The position numbers and the translations under genes are program-made. Below are positions 50,567-64,000 of a DNA stretch of 64,000 nt, piece after piece; position 1 is the first letter of the stretch; each line of letters begins with the position of its first letter. Source of the stretch: Bilabrum cf. latius (Eukaryota); the NCBI GenBank assembly GCA_965178125.1, contig OZ237739.1:186001-250000 (forward strand), written 5' to 3'. A model generated the notes under the pieces. The model ran no database searches. It saw only the letters and a program-made list of their open reading frames with translations, and had not been told where the DNA came from.

Positions 50567-52594
50567 ATGGGAGAGCCAATGTGGACCGACCGTCGGATGG
50601 CCTTCGATCCTCCCGAGCCATCCGGCAGCCGAGCCAGCGATATTGCAGACCAAACCGTGATGGTGGGGCCGATCGGTTCAGCAGAGGACGTCGCAGTGGG
50701 TAAATTGGTTCCATGGCTAACGAACCGCGCGAGGGCCCTAGAGGACGACAAGGCTCGGCTGAGGCAGCTCCTTACTCAAGCGCACTGCGCTATCGAAGCA
50801 GAGGAAGCGAAACGAAGCTCGGTGTCTGTAAACCTGAAAGTCGCCAAAACGAACATCGACAATTTAAATAATGAGCTTCGTGTGGCAAAAGTTCGAAACA
50901 AGGAACTCGTCAAGGTAGTTGAGTCGCTCAGAGGCGCGGACACCGAACGCGGGGGCTATCACGCAAAAGTCGTGGAGGAGCGTCGCACTGAGCGCAGAAT
51001 GGTGGAGCGGATGGCCGACAAGCAGCAAGCCACGGAGCAAAGGCTCTCACAAATGCAAGAGTCCCACACAAAGGAGGTGCAAGACTTGGAAGGGGCGCTG
51101 CTGTCCCTCCGCGAGACGATGCAGCGCGAGATCGACGGGCTGCGAGAAGGCGTGGACGAGGCGGCCAGAAGGGAAGCGGCGCTAAAGGCGCGGTGCGACG
51201 ACGTGAAGAGCGAGCTGATGCGCGAGCAGGCGCGCCACCAGGACACGATGGCTCGCCTGGCCGTCGCGAAGGAAAAGGAGCAGGCGGCCATCCGACAGGC
51301 TCACGCGGTAGGCAGAGAGGCGGAGGAGGAGGTGGAGCGGTGCGCTGAGCTGAAGCGAGCGGCCTCTGAGCGTGTGCGTGGCGTGGAGGACACGGAGAGT
51401 CGCCTCTCGGAGGCCATGGCGCTGCTTCGGTCCCTCGAGGCGGAGAACGCCGACCTCCGGAGGCAGGTGAGGGAGCACCAGCAGAGGGAGGTGCGGCTGA
51501 GCGACCTGCTTCGGGACAGGTCCGGAATGGTGGCGCAGGAGCAGGCGAGGAAGCGGGAGGCGGAGCGGCAGCGTCGGCTGGAGCACATCGCCGGGGTGGA
51601 CCGGAGGCGGGAGGCCGAGGTGCGAGCAAGGGAGCAGGAGCAGCTGCTCCGGCAGCAGCACAGGGAGCAGAAGGAAGAGGAACAAGCAAAAAAAGAAAAG
51701 AAGAAGATTATCGCGCTGCAGCGCATCATGGGTGGACGCGTCTCCGCATGGAAGCCCGGTGCGGGAGGTCGCGGAGCAACTGCTCGGCTGCTCCGCGCGC
51801 TCGGCACTGAGGCGCCCAAGGCCTCCACCATGTCCAAGGCCGGTGGCAGCGGCGGCGGGCAGCAGAAAAAGCAGCGCAAGACCATTTCGAAGACGTCCCG
51901 CGGTCGAGCGCAAAAAGCGTCACCTTCCAAGAGCAAGCACAAGGAGGCAAAGGCAAAAGCAGGGAAGCCCGGTGCCTCAAAGGTGCAGCATTCGCCATCC
52001 ACATCGCAGGAGGGGCTTGGGGACTCCGCCGCAGCGCCCGCTGCATGCGGCCGGTGGATCAGAACGGGTGCTGAGGCGGTGTAGGTGCGGCTGTGCGGAC
52101 CCGACGACAGGGAACCGGAGCCGTTAATCCCCGCCACGGGCCCCGGCGGTCTCAACGAGCTCAGGGGCGGCAGCAACCGCCCTGCCCCGAGCGAGGTGTG
52201 GCGCAGGAGCAGGGCCAGAGCCAGGGCCAGCAGCGCGGAGAGGGCGAGGCGACTGGGGCCCGCTGGGCTGCCCAGCGGGGTGAAGGGCGTGCAGCGGCAA
52301 TACTATGACTAGCCGGTGGCGCAGGGGCGAGGGCATCCTGGCTGTGATGAAGCCGCAGCGGTGGAAGGTAAGGGCGGTGCTGCGGGTGAACCCACTGGCG
52401 GCTGGGCGGTCTTTGAGGGCGAGGTGGATGGCAGTGGCCACGCGCACTTCAGCCGTGCCGCGGGTGAGCACGAGCCCAGGCATGGGCGCCCGGTGTAGGT
52501 GGTGTCGACCAGGGGCAGAGGCCGCAGTGGTGCTGAAGAGGGCGAACGAGGCATGCCTGCAGCGGATCTGAAGTCGCCTCGTGTGTGGAGGTAA
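50567..52594 (+). CDS. Coiled-coil protein with basic/low-complexity C-terminus
   Basis: About 350 aa of E/R/Q/A heptad-rich sequence. The frame continues through TAGs 52082, 52310 and 52496 to TAA. Confidence 0.75.
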
Positions 52595-52671
52595 GAAAGT
52601 ATACAGCCAAAGGAATTTTTCACAGATCCGAGTCGTAGCGAAGGTATTGACTGTAGAAGAGCAAACAGTAG

Positions 52672-55242
52672 TCACCAGAGTTGCCACCAAGGCTTCTTCT
52701 TCTTCCTGTTGGCTGCTGCACGAAGGGCCGCAATTTCCGCATGCATGCGTTGCCGGTACTGCTGGAACTCCCTGTCCTGTTTCGCCATTTCGGCCTGCGT
52801 CTTCTCGTAAGCCTCCTTGGACTCCTGCATGCTCCTCTCGTGCTCCTACTAGAACTGCGCTGCATCCTCCTGCTGCTGACGGATGCTCTGCTCAAGCCTC
52901 TCTCTGTCGTCCTTGAAGCGCTCGGCATCCTCCACGCTGCGCTTCGCCGCGGTGACCTGCATGCTCAGCTGCCTCATGAATCGATCCATGTCAGACTCTG
53001 CGTGCTTGCAGACTGCATCGATGCCCTCGTTCTCGTCCACCACCTTGGTCAGGATGCCGGACACGTCGGCGGGATCGGCCTGCACTGTTCCATCCTCGTC
53101 AACGGAGAGACAGTCCATGGCCAGCAGTAGCTGCACCATGGGCTACAGGCTCGGCACAGCACTGGCAAAGCCACCCGCAGCGGCCTCAGCAGCGCCACCG
53201 GCTGCAGCACCGCCAGCTGCTGCACCTGCCCCTGCGCCAGCATCAGCCTCGTGGACCGCAGCCCCATCCAGTGCCACGCTGCACAGCTGCTAGCAGGCCT
53301 GATGCCGTACCATTGTGAAGGTAGTACTGCAAGCAGCTGCATGACCATCATCGCCTGCAACTCCACGGAGCTGGCCCTCGGCATCTGCCAGCAGCTGCAC
53401 GCACACGGCACGCGTCCCCTTTGCTACCTCCCTCGCAATTGTGATACCACGTAGCTCTTCTTGCAGCTCCTCCAGATGGACCACCCGCATCTTTCGAGAC
53501 GTAATCACGGCTTCGGGATCGCTCGCATCTTCTCCGTCGGTGCTGCTCATGGTCTCCTGCAGCTTGAGCTCCAGCTGCATCATCTGCTGATGCCTTGCGT
53601 TGTCTGCCTCCCCACGCAGAATCGTGCACACAGACTGCAGCAACAGTGCCTGCCTGTCCCGTGCTTTGCTGATCATCGCCTCTTTCAAGTTGCGGAAGGA
53701 CTCAGCCACATCACCACCATCTGCAGTCACGAGAGCTCGCGCGTCCTCCTCCGAGGCCAATCGATAAGACGCCCGCATGGTCTCGAGAGCCACCTGCACT
53801 GCACGGTCCTGCAGAGCAGCCATGGCGTGGGTTGCTGTCCCCGGCGATGCCGTGCAGTCCATGCGGACAGGTCCGTTGAGTGCCACGAGCGCTCGCTCGA
53901 TAGCCTCGCACAGCTGCTTGGCCGCCGCTGCCCCTGCCTGTGCCTTCATGGTCTCGAGGATGCCCATGGGGCGGAGTGCGTCCGTGGCATCGTTGGCCTG
54001 CTGCACTACTGCAGCCATCACTGCGCCGTAGTGCTGCGTATCGCAAGGCATGCCAGGATTGCCCAGCAGGCACCTTGGTGTCTCGTCCTGCAGAACCGGG
54101 ATCACATTGCGATCCACCATGGCACCGATGGCATCGAGGGCGGCAGAGAAGTCCTTGGGGTACTCCTGGCCGGGACGCAGACCAGCCACGCTTGGAGGAG
54201 GAATACGCGCCTGCCTGCACTGCACGAATACGCTCCGAATCATGGCCCTGGCTCGGTTCCTCTGCTAGGCTGCATCGGCTTCGTAACCCCCGAAGGGGTC
54301 CACGTGCTCTGGCCTCATGAGGGCCTCTTCCGCCTCCTCGATCGTTTGTGTGGACTCTAGCGACATATCACGAGCCACAAGCACAAATGTGGACCGATCG
54401 TTGCTGGTTGCGGCACGGTCACCCGCTGCGGCCCCCCCTTGTGCCGCAGTTCCGGCAGCACCAGCTGCTTGCTGGTCCATCCTGCGGCCCCTGCCCACGA
54501 TGAGAGCGGCATCCAGGATCTGCTTGATGGTATCGAGGACTCTGCTCGTCATGAGCGGGTTCTTCATGTTGGCCATGAACACGCCGCGGCTGCACAGGGC
54601 CAGCCCAGGCAGGACGACCTTCGCGTCGTGCGCCTCGTCCTAGTCCCCGGTGCCCTCAGAGTCGATGACGGCGACAACGCATGCCTCTGATCGACCGAGT
54701 GCGCCTTGCGGGAGGTGAATGAAGCACCCTTTACCACCTTTTGTGCATGACTTGTTGCCATCCCCGACTTCGAACGCAAGCGGCACCTACTCGCCGGACG
54801 CCGGGCACTCGCCGATGCGGACAGCGGGCACGTCTGGATGCAGCTGCTGCAGCCGGACAGCGTCCAAGCTCCCGAAAGCCCGAACCAGAATGGTTTTCAC
54901 GACGTGGTTCAGCATCGTGCTCTTTCCGGTCTAGACACTGCCGTGCACCACGACGGTGAGAACGGGCAAGGCTCGCGTGCTACCCAATCGTAAAATAGCT
55001 CGCAGCTTCTCGGGCTACGTGGCCTCGAATGCGCCCGACTCCAGGTTGGTTCCATACAAATGCACGACACCTAGCCGAACATGGGCCTAAGTTGCCTGCG
55101 CCAAGATAGATTCAGGTTAAGGGCTACTTGGCTGCAGGGACAGTTTCATGAAATCGACCGGAAATCTGAAAGCCTATCGCGTCGAGCACAGCAAAGAATG
55201 GAATCGATGGCTATAGTAACTTACTGGTGCAGCTTCTTCCAT
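52672..55242 (-). CDS. Guanylate-binding-protein/atlastin-like (GB1/RHD3-type) GTPase A; join(52672-55095,55225-55242)
   Basis: P-loop VVVHGSV[Q]TGKST, G2 FEVGDGNKSCTKG, G3 IDSEGTGD, a helical/coiled-coil body and C-terminus KKKKPWWQLW*. The G domain is visible only with TAG read-through. Ends TGA. Confidence 0.85.
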
Positions 55243-55351
55243 GGAGCGTCGTACCGCTAGCTGGTGATTGTTGAGTGCTTCGGTATTATCCAAGAGATTT
55301 TTGATGTCAATTGTTGGGGTGCAGCACTTCCGGTGACGCCGTGTTTCCTCA

Positions 55352-55374
55352 CCCCCCACCCCCCCCCCCCCCCC
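55352..55374. repeat. C6-A-C16 homopolymer tract in the divergent intergenic gap
   Basis: Directly visible. Confidence 0.9.
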
Positions 55375-55433
55375 GGGAACGCATCAGTACACACTTTCAA
55401 ATAGATCTCAAAGGTCCAACAAGCTCCCAAGCC

Positions 55434-57851
55434 ATGCAAACAGACTCCAAGATGCTGATTAATCTGGCAGCCGCCCCGTGGACTCGCCGCAAGCCCGGCC
55501 CTGAGCTACGGTTTGAGTCCTGCGAGGGTGGCATCGTCAAGGCGCTCGAGGCGGTCCCAGGTGAGACACAGGTGTGCGTTGTATGTGTGCAAGGACCAGC
55601 ACGTATCGGGAAGAGCACTCTAATGAACTCGATCGTGCGCTGGGTGCTCAATGGCGTGGCTCGCTCCGACTCCGGCTCTGACCTGTAGGACAAAGTGCAG
55701 CTTTGTCCCATCGTCAAGGAAATGCCCGCGCCTGGCTGGAACCGATGCAGGGCCAGTGACAAGGAAGTACCATCTTGCTTCCTTGTGGGACACAAGACGG
55801 ACCCATGCACTGAGGGAAGCGACGCTTGCCTGGTTCGCGTCCCTGCTGGCGCGTTCGGCCGCAAGTCTGACCTGGTGGTGATGGTCGTGGACACAGAGGG
55901 ACAAGGCGACCGGGGCGGAGACTATGACCAGCGCATGGCACTGCCTGCGCGTCTGATGACTGCAGGGGGTGTGAACATCATGCACGTGGGCTTCAAGGCA
56001 CCGGTAAAGCGAGCTACCCGCAAGATGGTCATCCAAGCTGCGGAGCAGGTGGAGTACTTCTGGGGCGCACCTCCAAAAGAAGCCGCAAAAGGGGCCGCAG
56101 ACGATGCTGATGCAGTACGTCCTAAGTTGGGACACGTAGTGGTGCTTCGGGCAGGAGCCAGCACCGATCCAGGTACCCGCGAGGACGCCAAAGCTCTGCA
56201 TGAGAGCGAGATCTTCGAGGCGATGCACGGGCAGGCGGCAGCAGGTGCTGCACGAGGCGGCGCAGGCACGCACCCGCATGAGGAAAGTAAAACTGTTGGC
56301 GAGCATGACGATGGTGATAGTGGCGAAATAGACGTCTTTCGCCGTGTGTTCGAGTCGGGCAGCGTGGAGCTGCTGCCCGCCGTCGAGCTCGCACCCACGG
56401 ATGGCTCCGCCGATGCCCACCCCGAGGCAGCCTCGGCCACTCGAGTTGCCTTCGCGCGATGCCTGGAGTCAATGCTTGACCGCGTGCTCCTGCCCCGGCT
56501 ACAAGATGAGGCCGTCAGGGTCATGCACGGAGGAGTGCCCATGCAGGCCGGTGCGCTGGCCCGATACATGCCGGTGGCAATCGAGCAGTGCGACCAGCGG
56601 GGTACCAAGCTGACGGGTATGCTAGAGGGATACAACCAGCGTGCACTGCAGGCAGGCGTGCAGGCCATGGCGCGCTGTGTGGAGGACGTGCTGGGCCAGC
56701 CTGGTGTTCTGGCGGGGTGCCCTGCCGCTGCAGCAAGGGGTGCATCAGCCGCCGAGGCCCTGCTGCAGGGGGCCTTCCTGGCCGGAATGGGACCCAGCAC
56801 GCTGAACAGGGAGGAGGCCCTGGGGTGTGACGAGTGCAAGGAGGCGCTGACAGCGAGCGTGGAGCGGGTGAGGGAGGGGCTGCAAGGGGCGTTGCAGCGG
56901 AAGAGGGAAGATGCGCAGCAGGCAGTGATGCAGGCCGGCCGTGTGATCTGGACCGAGGTACAGCAGCAGTATGTGCTGGATGCCACCAAGGAGTTTGAGG
57001 ATCTGCAGGGGGGGGCAGGGGAGGCAACGTCCTTTGAGACCAAGCGGGAGCTCGGTCAGCAGTTCCAAGCGTTTGCCACCAAGCACCGGTCCGATGCATC
57101 AGTTGCTGTCAAAGCCAAGGCGCAGGAAGCCGCGGGCAAGTGCGCGACCGATGCAGCTGCAGCTGTGCAGGGGTCCATCCAGCGCGTGGGTGTGGAGGTC
57201 CCTGAGGCTCGGCTGGCTGAGCTGCGGGCCAGTCACCATGGGGGGGAGAAGGGGGGGGCTGACTCAGCTGGGGCAATGGGAGGCGGGGCTGGAGCAGGGG
57301 AGACGGTCCGACAGTCTGCTTGCCAGGCGTTGATGCTGTGCAGCGTGGAGGAGGCCGCAGGCGCATGTCGGCTGGGCGTGGATGCAGCTGCAGCCTGCGC
57401 GATGCTACTATCTGATGCCGTAGAATAGACCCGGGTGATGGGTCAGCTGGACGAGCAGGTGATGGACGGTCTGTGCGCTGGGGCAGACGGTGAGGCTGCG
57501 TCGCTGCTGCGGGAGGCAGACAGGATCGAGCAGCAGAAGAAGGCCGAGGCAGAGGCAGCCGAGCAAGCACGGAAAGCCGCCGAAGCGCAAGCTGAGCAGG
57601 CGAGGCAGCAGCAGGAGTAGGAGAGGAAGAGGAAGGAGCAGGAGGAGACAGCTGAACGCGAGGCGAAGGAGCGAGATGCGGAGAAGAAGAGGATAGAGGA
57701 GGAATAGAGGAAGGCTCAAGAAGAGGCAAACCGCAAACCGAAGCCGAGCACAGGAAAGAAGGTCGAGCGCGAGGTCAAACGGATCGGCAAGCAGGCAGAA
57801 CGAGTTGTCACGGCTCCAGTCAGAGCAATTGCAAAGGTATTCGGACTGTGA
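55434..57851 (+). CDS. Guanylate-binding-protein/atlastin-like GTPase B, ~805 aa
   Basis: P-loop VCVQGPARIGKSTLMN, G2 FLVGHKTDPCTEG, G3 VDTEGQGD, a charged coiled coil and an amphipathic end PVRAIAKVFGL*. Four TAGs. Ends TGA. Confidence 0.88.
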
Positions 57852-57971
57852 AGTGGATCAGTCGTAGAAATGTTGGTTCGAAGGCAACGATGCCCAACAA
57901 GGTGCATCATCGATGCGCTCGAAAATACCATCATGGTACCGCTGGCCCAGAACCTGGAACCCAAGAGCTTG

Positions 57972-58709
57972 TCAAGTCAATGTTGGCGCACTGCCACCGC
58001 TGCTGCTGGTTGCACCACCCAACTGTACCGCCGTGGAAGCAGACAATGAATTGTGTTGGTCGATACCAAGTCTGCTGCTGCACTCTGCCCACGCCTTGAT
58101 TGCGAAAGGCTTATATTTCGCAGTCCACTCGTCCACCATCCGCTGGGCGCAGTCTGTCACAGGATGCGTAGGCCCATTGACTTGGGCCGAATTCGCCCTG
58201 ATGAGACGAATATGATTCTCAAACTCGTCAATGGAGCGATAGTCTCCTTTGGAGACGGCTTCTTGAAGCCGCGTCAAGTCCATCACGGTTTCAACAACCT
58301 CAAAGTATCGTGGCAGTCCTATACGCTTCACGCTAACTTTTGTAAGCTTCAGAAGGAATGGGTTGCCCCAACCAGCCCATGTCATCGCACGAAGGCTTTG
58401 CACGGCGGGTGCCAATGCCTGAGAGTTCAGTACTCGCCATGACTGGGCTGTTGCGGTGCTGCCGGTTGCTGCAGGCTTTGTCAAACCCTGCTTCGCTGGA
58501 ATCTTCCGTACAGCGGGTGCAAATACCTCTAAATCTGCTATTGATGATGCATCAAAGTCATCAAGCTGGTGGCCTGGCCGTGACATTGCCAAAATGCTCG
58601 ACAGCTTGCCGTCAGGACTTCGAAGCTTGTCATTCCAGCTCAGATCCGTTTCATCGGTCCCGAGGCTCAACTCAGGCGTCCACTCCAGGAATGAAGATTT
58701 TGATTCCAT
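57972..58709 (-). CDS. Single-bromodomain protein, 245 aa
   Basis: NPFL...LPRYFEVVETVMDLTRLQEAVSKGDYRSIDEFENHIRLIRANSAQVNG matches the bromodomain pattern. Ends TGA. Confidence 0.85.
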   Translation of the reverse strand: MESKSSFLEWTPELSLGTDETDLSWNDKLRSPDGKLSSILAMSRPGHQLDDFDASSIADLEVFAPAVRKIPAKQGLTKPAATGSTATAQSWRVLNSQALAPAVQSLRAMTWAGWGNPFLLKLTKVSVKRIGLPRYFEVVETVMDLTRLQEAVSKGDYRSIDEFENHIRLIRANSAQVNGPTHPVTDCAQRMVDEWTAKYKPFAIKAWAECSSRLGIDQHNSLSASTAVQLGGATSSSGGSAPTLT

Positions 58710-58897
58710 GGCTGCCTTACTGATACATTGCTTGGTACTAGTAGGGTTACAGTTAGTTGATCTTCCGTGTTTTTCCCGGTTCGGTTGCGTGTTATTTCGG
58801 AGCGGCAGCTAGCGAGCGAGCTGAACCGCCTGAGCTGTGCTGCCAACGTCAATTAGCCATGAACTGAAATTGCTAGTGAATCAACGCACTCATACAA

Positions 58898-61800
58898 TCA
58901 CGACCCGTTTTCCTCTCTCTCCCTACTACCTCCTTGACGACTGTCTTGCCCCGGTCCGTCCATCCCTTCCCCGAGCAACCCGCCCACTCCACCAAGCCCA
59001 ATCCCCATTCCGAGCCCGAGACCCAGCCCAAGCCCACCACCCTCCGCCATCGTCTCATCGTGTCCTGTCCCGCTGCCTTCTCCAATGGCACCCCACTGGG
59101 ACGTGCTCAACAAGCCGCCGCCATCGCTCCAGCCACCAAAGCCAATGGCCGCAGCACCAGCCCCAGCCCCAGGGGCACCCAAATCGCCGCCTCGCGAGCC
59201 GGCATGGCTGGGAGAAGGGGGTGCCTGCGATGCAAGGCCGGCTGCAGTCTCCCTGCCAGCACCACCAAAACCGTGGGAGCCCGTGCCCGCACTCATCCCC
59301 GTGCTCACGCCACCCAGACCCACCTCCATCCCTAGGCCAGTGCTAGTGCCACTGGCCGTCAGGCCAGGGCCAGGTGCTGCGCCTGCAGTGTCAGGAAACG
59401 CGTGCGTTTCAGCTCCATACCCCTGCGAAACGCTTCCAACGTACTGATATGCCGGTGCAGTCCCTCCGAGACCCGTGGAAAACGACGAAGAAGATGTTCC
59501 TGCGCTCGCAGGGGCGGTCCAGCCTGCCGACACGGCACCCATTCCCATCTCTAAATTCATATTCATGCCTATACCCATGCCCATGCCTCCCCCCGCCCCT
59601 TGGCTGTCTGCTTGGACTCTCCCAGCTCGCGCATGCGACTGCGGGAAACCGCTCTCTCTGGGGCTCGGGTGCGCACCACCGTTCGCTGTACCCGGCTCGG
59701 GGAACACGACCTCCGGCCCTAGCCTCGGACTCTCCACGGAGCCACCGGCGCCGCGGAAGCCCTGCAGATCGATGCCCCCGCCCGCTAGATCGGACCCCAG
59801 CAGATGCGACAGGTCTGGTACAGCCATATCCTCCACGCTGCTGCCTGCAACGACACCACCACCAGCAGGACCGGCCCGCGGCTGGTTGCCGCTGTACCCC
59901 TCGGAGCCCTGAGAGGCCTATCCAGGCGTGACCTGCCCTCGGTATGTCACAGCAGGGACTGCTGTGGAGCGGGGCAGGTTGTCCGCGGTGTCGGCTTGCT
60001 GCTGTGGCAGCCCAGGCAGATGCATGGGCAGCGGCGGAAGCTGCATAGGCAGGGGCAGCCCTCGGCCTGACCCCGGAGTGCCGCCGGAAGCGGGCGGCAT
60101 GGGCAGCATGGTAGGGGTGGTCTGCATCGGCGTCCCGCCGCCCACAGACGCGGTGCTGCCAACCACAGAGCCACCCGCAGATCCATACCCAGACAGATCC
60201 TCGGCGTGTGGCTGGTGGCGGTGCACCGAGTGCACACCGCCAGAGGCAGACGCAGAGGCTGACGCAAGGGCAGGAGCAGGAGCCGGAGCTGGGGCGGGGC
60301 TAGAGGCAGGAGGTGCATCAAACAGGCTGGCCCCGATGAGCATGTCCTCGTCCATGCTGTCCTGCCTAGACGAGCTGCTCTCTCCGACGGCCTGGTCGAT
60401 CTGGTGCTGGCTTCCTACCGGAGCAGAGCTCTGCCTGGGCATGGGCGGGTCGTCAAAGCCCGATGTAGGGCGCCCGTGTTGTTGGCCGCCCGGCGTCGAC
60501 AGCGCCGCCGGCTGACTCGCAGTGCTCCTTCCGGTGTCTTCACGTCGCAAGGCCGCTCTGCTCGCTGCCTCCTATTCCCGCTTGCTCTGCTTGGCTTCCT
60601 CCAGCCGTTTCATGGACTGGTGCCGGAAGGACGCCAAGGCGTCGCCAACAGGTGAGCCGAGCTTGGTGCTGAGCTCGATGCCACCGCCAACTGGAATGTC
60701 TCCGGGCGCATCGCGCTGGGACATGCCGCTGCCCACAGTGCGGTCGCCGACTGGCTCCGCTTTCGTTGGCGTGGCATACGCTGCTCCAGCTTCTGGCCGC
60801 CCTGACTATCGATCTTGCGAAGGCCCGTCATCCAGCTTGGCGGCCCTGTCTGCTTCTGCGACTGTGCTCACGCTAGGGCGCGGCGTTTCTTGCGGCGGTT
60901 TCGGGGTCAGCCCGCCGATCGCAGCGACCTGTGACCCGGACACGGTGGAGGCTGGAGGATCGACAGCGCGCTGCCCAGACTTGATCCGTCGCGGCGGTGC
61001 TGCCGACGCGTTGCCGTCTGCGACTGCGACCAACTTGTGCTGCCCACTGGCACCGCCACTGGATGCGCCCCGCGGCTTCGGCTCCGCTCGTTCCGAGAGA
61101 CCGTTCGCGGCCTTTCCCCCTTTGTTCGCGTCGACCACAGAGGCAGGCCGGGTCTTCTGTCCAGGCGACGCCTTCTTAGGCTTGCTAGAAGAGCCTGCTA
61201 TTCCAGCAGCTGCTGGTCCCACACTGGCCCGCGCGTGTGAGCTGGCAGAAGTCGTCTTTTTGGAGCTGCTCTGAGCAGCCTTCTGAGTCGCAGCCCTGGG
61301 TCCTCGTGCCGCATCCTGGGCGCCTGGTGCTACAGCTTTGGTCCTGCGCGGTACGGTAACGTCTGCCGCAGCTGCAGCCGGCTTTGCATTATCGAGAGTG
61401 CTTGCATGAGTGCCCGTGGGCTGTTCGAGCAACTGAGCAGCAGGAGGCGCTGTAGCCGCACTTCTTGCCGGCTCCCTGTCTTTGCCCTTGCCCTTACCCT
61501 TACCTTTGCCCTTGCCCTTGCCCCGGCGACCATTTCTGCCCTTACCGTGGCTGCCTGGCACGCTTTCCACAGTGGCCTTAGCAACTTGCTACCCGGCTTG
61601 CTTCGCATGGCTGTTGCCTGCATTGGCCAGTGCAAGCTCCCCGGCCTACCCCGCCGCTTGCTCAGGATGCTCGGCTTCACTAATCTCTGCTTTCGATGCT
61701 GGCTTGGTATTCAAGCTGCCCTGTGCGCTGCCATCAAGAGCAATAGCACCGTTCTTGCCGCCCTGCGATGGGCTGAACTGTTTTGCAGTCGCAAGTGGAT

Positions 61801-64000
61801 CTGCAGCGGCTCCATCGACTGAAGGCTCGGGGTCGTGGGCTTCAGCCTCGCGCTCTTGTTTGTCGCGCGGTACCTCGGCCACACCTAACACCTTTTCGTT
61901 TGATGAAACACTGCCTTCTGAAGCCGTCGTCGAGGCAGAAGCATCGACTACGGGCTGGAGAGCGCCGTTTGGATCCGATGACCTGGCCTGCGACTACATG
62001 TTGATGACAATGTAAATGACTATCGCCCCGACAGCCATGCTACCCAGAGAGACACTCGCAAGCGTTGCAGTAGACCACATCGTGCTGTTGGAGTCTGTAC
62101 TCTCCTATTCACCACCGGAGGGTCCGCCGCCGTTCGAGACAGTAGCACCCTGCCGAGATGGCTTCCTGCCGCCGTTCAACGCCCAAGCCGTTTCGCTTGC
62201 GCGGCGGGTCCCGGGCTCAGGACCGGGCGATTTCACCGGGGGCGGTGGAAGGGCATCACCCTTTGGCAGCGACGAGTCGAAATCAATGGTGGGCTGGGGT
62301 TCTCGCTCCCAGGCCGGAATCCCCTTGCCATCCTTGTCATCCTTGTCATGAAGGCTGCTCTGGTCTCGCTCCTCGACTGGATCTGCTGCAAGCACCTGCG
62401 CTCCCGCCCCTCCATCGTGTGCCAGATTGCGCTGCCAGTCAAGCAAAGCGTACTGTGAAGTGCCCGTTGACACCACCACCAGCCCGATCCTGAACTGGCT
62501 AGACCGCGGCCACGGGGTCGCGCCGCCCTACTCCGGCCTGGGTCCGCACACCTGCAGCATCCAGTCCATGGGCTCGTCGTGCGTGAGCCTGTAAGGGAAC
62601 GCCAAGGACGCGTTGGCCGGCCTCGCTGTCACGCGATAGTCCATAGGAACCTCGATGCTCTCGGTGTTGATGCCGTCAGCGAACCACTGCGGCTCCTGGC
62701 CCGCGGGCCGATCCGCCAGCAACACGGCGAGGGCCACGTGCTGGATCAGCAGGGGCATGCCCTCGCGCTTGTTGGTGATCGGGAAGAACGCCCGCCAGCA
62801 TGCGTCGTCCTCGTCCTCTGCATCGACGCCGTCCACGTCCTCGCCGTCCTCTAGCGAAGCAGGCGAGTCGTCGCCGCCCGGAGACTTGCCAGCATGCTCC
62901 TACGCTTGCAGGTTGACAATGGGCCATTCCTGCCTCAGGCTGGGCATCGTGTCTAGCTGCTGCACGTGCACGCTAAGCTTCTCGTTCCCCACAGCAACCT
63001 CTGGCATGACGGCCTGAAAGTGCATCGTGACGCTCTCAACCTCGCTCAGGATTGAAGAGCTCAGCAGTAGCTGCACCGCACTGTCTCCTGCCTTGGTGGG
63101 CTCAAAGGCGAACGGGCCAATTAGCTTTGTCTGGCTCTGGGCCAGCCTCTGGCGGGTAGATAGCACGACGGGGACCGTGCTGCCGTAGCGATTGCTCTGC
63201 GACTGCCGCCACCACTGCAGCTTGACGCTGTTGCGGCGCTCAGCCGGGATTGCCGAGGTCTCGTTCACGCCCGTCCCATCCGACAGGAAGCCCCGATCTG
63301 CCGTTCGGAACGCCTCTTCGCCCGCACCATGAGCGACTGCAGAGAAGCGGAGGCCTACAGAGATTCCTAGCCCAGCATCACTCAGCGCACTCACCCGAGA
63401 CCCGTTATTGCGCAAGGCCCAACCGGCCATGTATGCAGCGGGCACGCCGTGACCCCCGCAGCGCGATTCGAGCGTCTCGCACGACAGGGCAGTGGACGAC
63501 ATCATCGAGTAGCAGTTGGAGAGCACCTCGTCGTTGATGAACTGGGCCATCGCGTGGTTTGGCTCCCCCTCGCACTCGGGGCAGCGGTCTCCGGCGGCGC
63601 TCCGCAGGAAAGCCACGTCGATCCGTTCCTCTTCCTGCTTGCCGACCTGCTCGAAATGCTCCCACAAGGCGACCTCCCCAGGCACGTCTGCCATCCACTC
63701 CCCCAGGAAACCGAGACCTAGGACACCCTGCAGCTGGTACAGCCAGGACTCCCGGGCGCGCATGGAGGCCTCGAGCGCAAGCCGCTCGGCATTCGATCTG
63801 AGCACAGCGCAGATGTGCATCGCATCCGCGCACACGGAGGGCCCCGCCGCGGCATGGCTGCTCCTGTGTGTGTCCAGCTCGTGGGCAATGCAGGCCTTGG
63901 TGGCGGCATCGAAGCTGCGGACAAGCGCTCTTTGGTTGCGGTTGATCTGGACCTGGTCGTCGAGGTTAGAACGGTGCAGGTTCGCGCTCGTGATCCTGTT
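58898..64000 (-). CDS. 5'-truncated >1700-aa protein with one predicted TM helix (~62000-62080) and a long low-complexity C-terminal half
   Basis: One frame from the window edge to TGA 58898, broken only by TAGs. Hydrophobic segment LASVSLGSMAVGAIVIYIVINM. Confidence 0.7.

Overview
Gene-dense, GC-rich nuclear DNA from a unicellular eukaryote, with short GT-AG introns and intergenic gaps often under 250 bp. The main signal is a non-standard nuclear genetic code. TAG is read as a sense codon, almost certainly Gln, while TAA and TGA remain stops (equivalent to translation table 15). The fragmented ORF track comes from treating TAG as stop. Reading TAG as Q by hand joins the fragments into about 25 coherent genes. 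Recognisable genes are DDX41/Abstrakt, Fpg/MutM, sterol C5-desaturase, GcvT, a bromodomain protein, an SSXT+Myb protein, a DUF1757-like protein, a C2H2 zinc-finger array protein, two LRR proteins, an EGF-7TM protein and a head-to-head pair of GBP-like GTPases. Less familiar elements are two large paralogous proteins with two SH2-like modules each, a GPI-anchored Asp/His-repeat surface protein, and three tandem paralogues of an unrecognised family that share near-identical DNA blocks around a variable cassette. All gene models and family calls come from manual translation and motif recall. No searches were run, and several 5' ends are uncertain.
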